From the NCBI GenBank assembly GCA_963761305.1, contig CAVXGK010000001.1, positions 1,472,001 through 1,536,000 on the forward strand: a DNA stretch of 64,000 nucleotides. Reading direction: 5' to 3'. Made by a program: the position numbers and the translations under genes. Shown piece after piece: positions 58,796 through 64,000 of the stretch. This DNA comes from an uncultured Gemmatimonadaceae bacterium (GTDB lineage: Bacteria > Gemmatimonadota > Gemmatimonadetes > Gemmatimonadales > Gemmatimonadaceae). Each line of letters begins with the position of its first letter. Positions within the stretch are counted from its first letter, which is position 1. The notes beneath the pieces were generated by a model that was not told where the DNA came from, searched no databases, and worked only from the letters and a program-made list of their open reading frames with translations.

Positions 58796-60313
58796 TCAGC
58801 TCCGTCCCTCGAAATCGATGAAGCCCTTGTACGGATCCGCGCCGACGAGTTTCACCTTCACCTTGTCGCCGACGTCGAACTTCTCGCCGTTCCGAATGAC
58901 CATCCCTTCCGCCGGCGGGTGCAGCGTTCGCACGAACGTTCCTTTCGGGTTCACTCCCGTGACGATCGCGTCGAACGTCTGGCCGATCTTGTCGTGCAGC
59001 AACAGCGCGGCGACGGTCTTGCGGACGGTTCGCTCGACCTTGTTCTCGGCGTCCTCGCGCTCGGTGCAGCGCGCGGCGATGTCGGTCAGCTCGTCATTCG
59101 AGTAGGGCGCCGGCTGGTTGGCGAGCACCGCTTTCACCAGACGTTGCGTGACCACGTCGGCGTAACGCCGGTTGGGCGCGGTGGCGTGCGTGTAGTCGTG
59201 GATCGCCAGGCCAAAATGCCCGCCGGGATCCTTGCCAGGAAGGTCGAGCGCGTAGATGCCGGGCCCCATCAGTTTTACGATCGTCAATGAGAGATCCGGA
59301 AAGCGATCCGGATCGGCCGTCTGTCGCGCGGCCAGGAACTTCGCCAGCGAGAGCGAGTCGGGATCGTTCGGCAGCGTGGTGCCGTACTGCTTGGCCAGCT
59401 CCACGATGCGCGCCCACCGCTCCGGCTCCCGCACCACGCGACGAATGCCGGACCGGCCGTGCGCCTCGAGATACTTCGCGATCGCCACGTTGCTCGCGAT
59501 CATGAAATCTTCGATCAGGTTTCGCGCTTCGTTCTTGTGCACGACCGTGAGGTCGACGACGCGGCCGTTCTGCGTGACCGGCGTCGCCTCGATCGTCTCG
59601 AGCTCGAGCGCGCCGGAGCGCAGACGCTCGGCTTTCAAGCGCTTCGAGGCTTCGTTCTGCAGCTTCAGCTGGTCGATGAGCGTCTTGTTGTTGGCCACCT
59701 TGGGCGGCGCGTCGCCGCCGTCGAGCCATGCACCGACCGGCTCGTACGCCAGCTGCGCCTGGTTGCGCACCATCGCGCGGTAGACCTCGTACGACACGAC
59801 GTCGCCCTGCTCGTTCACCACCGTCTCGATCGCGATGGCGAGCCGGTCTTCGTTCTCGTTGAGCGACGTGAGGCCCGTCGACAGCTTGACCGGCAGCATC
59901 GGGAAGACGTCGACGCCCGTGTAGACGGACGTGCAGTTCGCGAACGCGTGCTCGTCGAGCGGCGAGCCCTTCGTCACCAGCGCGTCCACGTCCGCGATGG
60001 CGACCACCAGACGAATGTTGCCGTTGTCCATCGACTCGGCGATCTCGATCTGGTCGAGATCCTTCGACTCGGTGTTGTCGATCGACGACCACGGACGGTC
60101 GCGCATGTCGCGCACGCCGGCGGGCGCGGACGCGGGCTTGGTCAGCCCGTCGAGCTGCTGCTTGGCCGGTCCTTCGTATTCAGGCTCGAAGCCGTTCGCC
60201 ACGAGGATGCGGCGCGCCGCGGCGTGGAGGTCGAAGCCATGGCTCCCGGTGGGTTGGCTGCCGTGGTCGCTTTGCGAAGGTCCCGGAGGTTGTCCGATCT
60301 GGCCGCTGGTCAT
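58796..60313 (-). CDS. RNB-domain exoribonuclease (RNase II/R family, short form)
   Basis: SIDNTESKDLDQ catalytic motif, LIEDFMI, HFGL...YTHATAPNRRYAD, C-terminal S1-like domain. Confidence 0.9.
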   Translation of the reverse strand: MTSGQIGQPPGPSQSDHGSQPTGSHGFDLHAAARRILVANGFEPEYEGPAKQQLDGLTKPASAPAGVRDMRDRPWSSIDNTESKDLDQIEIAESMDNGNIRLVVAIADVDALVTKGSPLDEHAFANCTSVYTGVDVFPMLPVKLSTGLTSLNENEDRLAIAIETVVNEQGDVVSYEVYRAMVRNQAQLAYEPVGAWLDGGDAPPKVANNKTLIDQLKLQNEASKRLKAERLRSGALELETIEATPVTQNGRVVDLTVVHKNEARNLIEDFMIASNVAIAKYLEAHGRSGIRRVVREPERWARIVELAKQYGTTLPNDPDSLSLAKFLAARQTADPDRFPDLSLTIVKLMGPGIYALDLPGKDPGGHFGLAIHDYTHATAPNRRYADVVTQRLVKAVLANQPAPYSNDELTDIAARCTEREDAENKVERTVRKTVAALLLHDKIGQTFDAIVTGVNPKGTFVRTLHPPAEGMVIRNGEKFDVGDKVKVKLVGADPYKGFIDFEGRS

Positions 60314-60427
60314 GAGAAGTTTGCGAGTTGAATGACTGGGAACCGAAATGTGGCGAGGCAGGCCCTACAACGTGAGGCGCCCAGGAAACCCTTGTACGGA
60401 CAGAGGCGTATCAGGTTGATTGGAAGC

Positions 60428-60622
60428 ATGCGCGAACCGAAATCGTCCGTCGCCGTCGAACGTTCGGCCGCCGAGGCGATGTTGCCAAGCGAGGCGCCGC
60501 GCCTCGACAGCGCTGCTCTGGGGTCGTGCGACTACTGCGGTTCTGCCCAGTTGGAATGGCGCAAGTGCAAGTTGATTTGCGCCGACTGCAGGCAGATCAA
60601 CAAGAGTTGCGCGGATCTGTGA
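60428..60622 (+). CDS. Small Cys-rich zinc-ribbon-like protein
   Basis: CDYC...CKLICADC...SCADL; 64 aa. Confidence 0.6.
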   Translation: MREPKSSVAVERSAAEAMLPSEAPRLDSAALGSCDYCGSAQLEWRKCKLICADCRQINKSCADL

Positions 60623-60665
60623 CCGACAGGAGGTTCTCGTGCTCAGAGCCTTTCTCAGACGTCCG

Positions 60666-61376
60666 ATGAATGGGTACAACTTCACCGAACGCGTTCGGAA
60701 GTCGCTCGCCTTGGCCCGCGAGGAGGCGGCACGGCTCAAGCACGAATACATCGGAACGGAGCACATCCTGCTCGGCCTGATGCGCGACGACGACAGCGTC
60801 GCGCTGACGGTCGTCCAGAACCTCGGCGTGAAGCCGGACGACCTGATGGTGAAGATCGATGAGACCGTGAAGCGCGGTCTCTCGGGCCCCGTCAGGGGCC
60901 CCGACCTGCCGTTTACGTCGCGGGCGAAGAAGGTCCTCGAGCTGTCGATGAGCGAGGCGCGCAGCGCCGGCCACGACTACGTGGGCACGGAGCACGTCCT
61001 GCTCGGGCTGCTGCATGAAGGGAAAGGAATAGCGGCGCAGGTACTGGTGGGCTCGGGAATCACGCTCGACCGGGCGCGCGAGGAGGTCATCCGGATTCTC
61101 GGCAGAGGACCGCTTGGTCGGCGGCCGGGTTCTGCGATCGGAGATCACGACGGTGGCATCGCGGAGATGGCGGTTTGGAACGAGCGCGATTCGGCCGCCG
61201 GCGAGTCAATCGTGAGCTCGAGCGCGATGGCCGCATCGATCATCGAGATGCTGGCCCGAGATTCCGGCGTCGACGCTGTCTTCGCCGACCAAGGGATCGA
61301 CGTCGCGGCGCTGGTCGCCGCGCTTCGCGCGTTCATACCACCCGTTTCTGCCCCCGACTCGACGCCCGCTTCCTGA
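60666..61376 (+). CDS. Stand-alone Clp protease N-terminal (Clp-N repeat) domain protein
   Basis: MNGYNFTERVR..LALAREEA..L.HEYIGTEH; second repeat FTSRAKKVLEL...HDYVGTEH; no AAA+ domain. Confidence 0.88.
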   Translation: MNGYNFTERVRKSLALAREEAARLKHEYIGTEHILLGLMRDDDSVALTVVQNLGVKPDDLMVKIDETVKRGLSGPVRGPDLPFTSRAKKVLELSMSEARSAGHDYVGTEHVLLGLLHEGKGIAAQVLVGSGITLDRAREEVIRILGRGPLGRRPGSAIGDHDGGIAEMAVWNERDSAAGESIVSSSAMAASIIEMLARDSGVDAVFADQGIDVAALVAALRAFIPPVSAPDSTPAS

Positions 61377-61383
61377 CCAATCG

Positions 61384-62127
61384 ATGCACGGATACAACTT
61401 CACTGAACGCGTCCGCTGGGCCCTCGGCCTCGCCAGAGAGGAAGCGGCGCGGCTGCACCACCCGTACGTGGGGACCGAGCACGTTCTCCTCGGACTTCTC
61501 CGCCAGGATTCCAGCGTCGCGCTCAGCGTGATCGAATCGTTCGGCGTCGCGCCCGGCGAATTGAGAGCGCGAATAGAACAACTCGCCGGACGCGGCCGCG
61601 ACGACTTCGAGGCCCGGACAGACCTGCCGTATGACTCGCGCGCAAAGAAGGCGCTCGAGCTCGCCATGGCGGAGGCGCGGCGTCTCGATCACGCGTACGT
61701 CGGCACCCAGCACCTCTTGCTCGGTCTCATTCGTGAGGAAAACGGCATCGCGGCCGCGGCCCTCGTCGAGTACGGCCTCACCCTCGACGCGACCCGCCAA
61801 CGAACCCTCGAAGTCCTCGACGCAGGCAAGCAGGATGACGATGGAATCCGCGGTCGCGATGCAAGTATCGCCGCGTCGCGCGCATGGGCCAGGAAGCGGG
61901 CTTCGTCCGTGGCCGGATCCGAGTTCGCGTCCCGATCGCTCGCCGCCTCGGTCATCGAAGCCCTGGCCACACACAGCGATGTCGCCGCTGTGTTTTCGGC
62001 TCAAGGAATCGACATCGCGAAGTTGACGGCGGCCCTGCGCGCCGTATCACGACCCGCGCCGCTCGGCGATGCGCCGAGCAGCTCCGCTGGCGACTCGCCG
62101 CCCGAGACGTCGCCGCCAGCCGCCTAG
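61384..62127 (+). CDS. Stand-alone Clp-N domain protein, tandem paralog
   Basis: MHGYNFTERVR...HPYVGTEH...HAYVGTQH; shared C-terminal AAS.IE.LA....V.AVF..QGID block. Confidence 0.88.
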   Translation: MHGYNFTERVRWALGLAREEAARLHHPYVGTEHVLLGLLRQDSSVALSVIESFGVAPGELRARIEQLAGRGRDDFEARTDLPYDSRAKKALELAMAEARRLDHAYVGTQHLLLGLIREENGIAAAALVEYGLTLDATRQRTLEVLDAGKQDDDGIRGRDASIAASRAWARKRASSVAGSEFASRSLAASVIEALATHSDVAAVFSAQGIDIAKLTAALRAVSRPAPLGDAPSSSAGDSPPETSPPAA

Positions 62128-62130
62128 CGA

Positions 62131-63087
62131 CTACTCGAAGTCGAGCGCGAGGTCCATCGACGGCGCGGAATGCGTCAGCCCGCCGATCGAAATCCAGTTC
62201 ACACCGGTCTCGGCGATGCGACGCACTGTGCCGAGCGTGACGCCGCCGGATGCCTCGATGATCGCCGCGCCGTCCACCACGCGCACGCACTCGGCCATCA
62301 CCTCGAGCGGCATGTTGTCGAGCAGCACGATGTCCGCGCCGGCAGCGATCGCGCGCTCCACCTGCTCCAGCCGGTCGCACTCGACCTCGATCCTCACGCC
62401 CTTCGGCGAGAGCTCGCGCGCGCGCTTCACGGCCTTCCCGACGTCGCCGTCGAGCGCGGCGAGGTGGTTGTCCTTGATCAGCACACCGGTCGACAGGTCC
62501 ATCCGATGGTTCGTCCCGCCGCCCGAGCGCACCGCGTACTTCTCGAGCGTGCGCCAGCCGGGGAGCGTTTTTCTCGTGTCGAGGATCTTGGCGCCGGTGC
62601 CCTTCACTTCGTCGACATAGCGCGCGGTGAGCGACGCGATGCCGGAAAGGTGTTGCATGTAATTCAGCGCGACGCGTTCAGCCGAGAGCAGCGCGCGCGC
62701 GTGACCGGTGACGAACAGGATGGGGTCGCCCGGCCGCACGCGCATGCCGTCTTCGTGCTCGACGCGAATGGAGACCTTGCCGTCGAGCAGACGGAACGAC
62801 TCGAGCCCGAGCGGAACGCCACAGACGACGCCGCTTTGACGGGCGACGAGCCGGGCCCGAGAGCGGCGGGTGGAGACGACGGTCGCGATCGTCGTGATGT
62901 CGTTGAACGCGCCGTCCTCGACGAGTGCCGCTTGAACCAGCGCGTCGAGTGCGTCGCGCGTGAGCGGAAAACGGAGCGCGGCGGTGCTATCGAGAGCCGG
63001 CACGGAGAGTGGCGTGATGGTTCGCGGGACTGCCCTGCGTTCACGTTGGGGAAGCTCGGGGGTTTCCATCGGCACACCTCCGCCCAT
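62131..63087 (-). CDS. nadC: Nicotinate-nucleotide pyrophosphorylase (quinolinate phosphoribosyltransferase)
   Basis: DTRKT.PG, NHRMDL...LIKDNH, EVEC, LLDN, EASGG, LTHS. Confidence 0.95.
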   Translation of the reverse strand: MGGGVPMETPELPQRERRAVPRTITPLSVPALDSTAALRFPLTRDALDALVQAALVEDGAFNDITTIATVVSTRRSRARLVARQSGVVCGVPLGLESFRLLDGKVSIRVEHEDGMRVRPGDPILFVTGHARALLSAERVALNYMQHLSGIASLTARYVDEVKGTGAKILDTRKTLPGWRTLEKYAVRSGGGTNHRMDLSTGVLIKDNHLAALDGDVGKAVKRARELSPKGVRIEVECDRLEQVERAIAAGADIVLLDNMPLEVMAECVRVVDGAAIIEASGGVTLGTVRRIAETGVNWISIGGLTHSAPSMDLALDFE

Positions 63088-63093
63088 TGTCGC

Positions 63094-64000
63094 TTACTCG
63101 CCTGGATCTACTCCGTTTGCTGCTGGAGACAAGGGCTGCGTCGCGCCGCCTCCGATAGATACCATGCGTTCGATCGCCAATCGCGCCCGGGCAGCCACGT
63201 CCGGGTCGACCGTAATTCGGTGCTGTAGGAACTCTAGTGAATCACGGACCTTGGGAAGTGTCGTGACCTTCATGTAGGCGCACGAGGCCCGCTCGTTGGC
63301 TGCAAAGAAGCGCTTGCTTGGATTCTCGCGACGTAGTCGATGCAAGATTCCGACCTCGGTCGCCACGATGAACTCGTCGGCGTCGGATTTCGCCGGGCGC
63401 TTGATCATCCCCTCGGTCGAGAGAATCTGGACGCCCTGCGGGTCGATGTCACCGGCTGACATCGCCTCGAGCACGCTCGTGGAACAGCCGCACTCGGGGT
63501 GAATGAGGAACTCGGCTTCGGGGTGCAGGCTGCGCTGCAATCGAATGTTCTCGGGGTCGATGCCGGCGTGGACGTGACACTCGCCCATCCACACGTGCAT
63601 GTTTTCGCGACCCGTGCTTCGACGCACGTGCGCGCCGAGGAACATGTCGGGCAGGAAGAGAATTTCCTGGTGGGCGGGAATCGAGTTCACGACCTCGACC
63701 GCGTTGCCCGACGTGCAGCAGTAGTCGCTCTCGGCCTTCACCTCGGCCGACGTGTTGACGTAGGAGACGACGACGGCGCCCGGATACTCCGACTTCCACG
63801 TACGAAGCGCGGCGGCGTCGATCGTCGACGCGAGCGAGCAGCCGGCGGCGAGATCCGGCAGGAGCACTTTTTTTTGCGGCGACAGGATGGCGGCCGTCTC
63901 CGCCATGAAGTGCACGCCGCAGAACACGATCACGTCGGCGTCGGTCTTGGCGGCTTCGCGCGACAGACCCAGCGAGTCGCCGACGAAATCGGCGATGTCC
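63094..64000 (-). CDS. nadA: Quinolinate synthase (5' end outside window)
   Basis: VGDSL, IVFCGVHFMAE, GCSLA, YVNTSA, C.VH, HPEC, C.YMK. Confidence 0.95.
   Translation of the reverse strand, partial: DIADFVGDSLGLSREAAKTDADVIVFCGVHFMAETAAILSPQKKVLLPDLAAGCSLASTIDAAALRTWKSEYPGAVVVSYVNTSAEVKAESDYCCTSGNAVEVVNSIPAHQEILFLPDMFLGAHVRRSTGRENMHVWMGECHVHAGIDPENIRLQRSLHPEAEFLIHPECGCSTSVLEAMSAGDIDPQGVQILSTEGMIKRPAKSDADEFIVATEVGILHRLRRENPSKRFFAANERASCAYMKVTTLPKVRDSLEFLQHRITVDPDVAARARLAIERMVSIGGGATQPLSPAANGVDPGE

Noticed and set aside
52497..64000. Kynurenine-route NAD cluster (cyclase/KynB + nadC)
   Set aside because: nadA indicates the aspartate route, the cyclase is about 9 kb away in a different operon, and no kynA/kynU is seen.

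Overview
High-GC (~68%) bacterial chromosomal window. Gene content and style suggest Gemmatimonadota; this is an inference. It holds about 57 genes, mostly housekeeping or metabolic: rho, tamA/tamB-like, rnd, an RNB nuclease, gnd/zwf, nadC/nadA, a LigC plus primase-polymerase pair, a two-subunit molybdo-hydroxylase, peptidases, an ECF sigma/anti-sigma pair and a two-component system. I saw no rRNA, tRNA, CRISPR array, transposase or phage gene. Two candidate undescribed systems stand out. (1) 25.4-28.4 kb: a Rap/RRNPP-like TPR protein, a convergent 48-aa lipopeptide gene ending in a Cys-bracketed CGGWVGSDGRC motif, a receiver-like/AraC regulator and a single-domain response regulator. A shared TGTCACG-N12/13-CATGACAC palindrome lies in both promoter regions, which suggests peptide signalling. 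(2) Two four-helix-bundle (23S-IVP/Avd-like) genes, and yhbY, each sit between convergent genes and are bracketed by inverted short-tandem-repeat arrays; gene-less versions of such inverted arrays occur elsewhere. Also notable are a Rho with a long low-complexity N-terminus, tandem stand-alone Clp-N proteins, three apparent frameshifts (possibly sequencing indels) and recurrent leaderless-type promoters.
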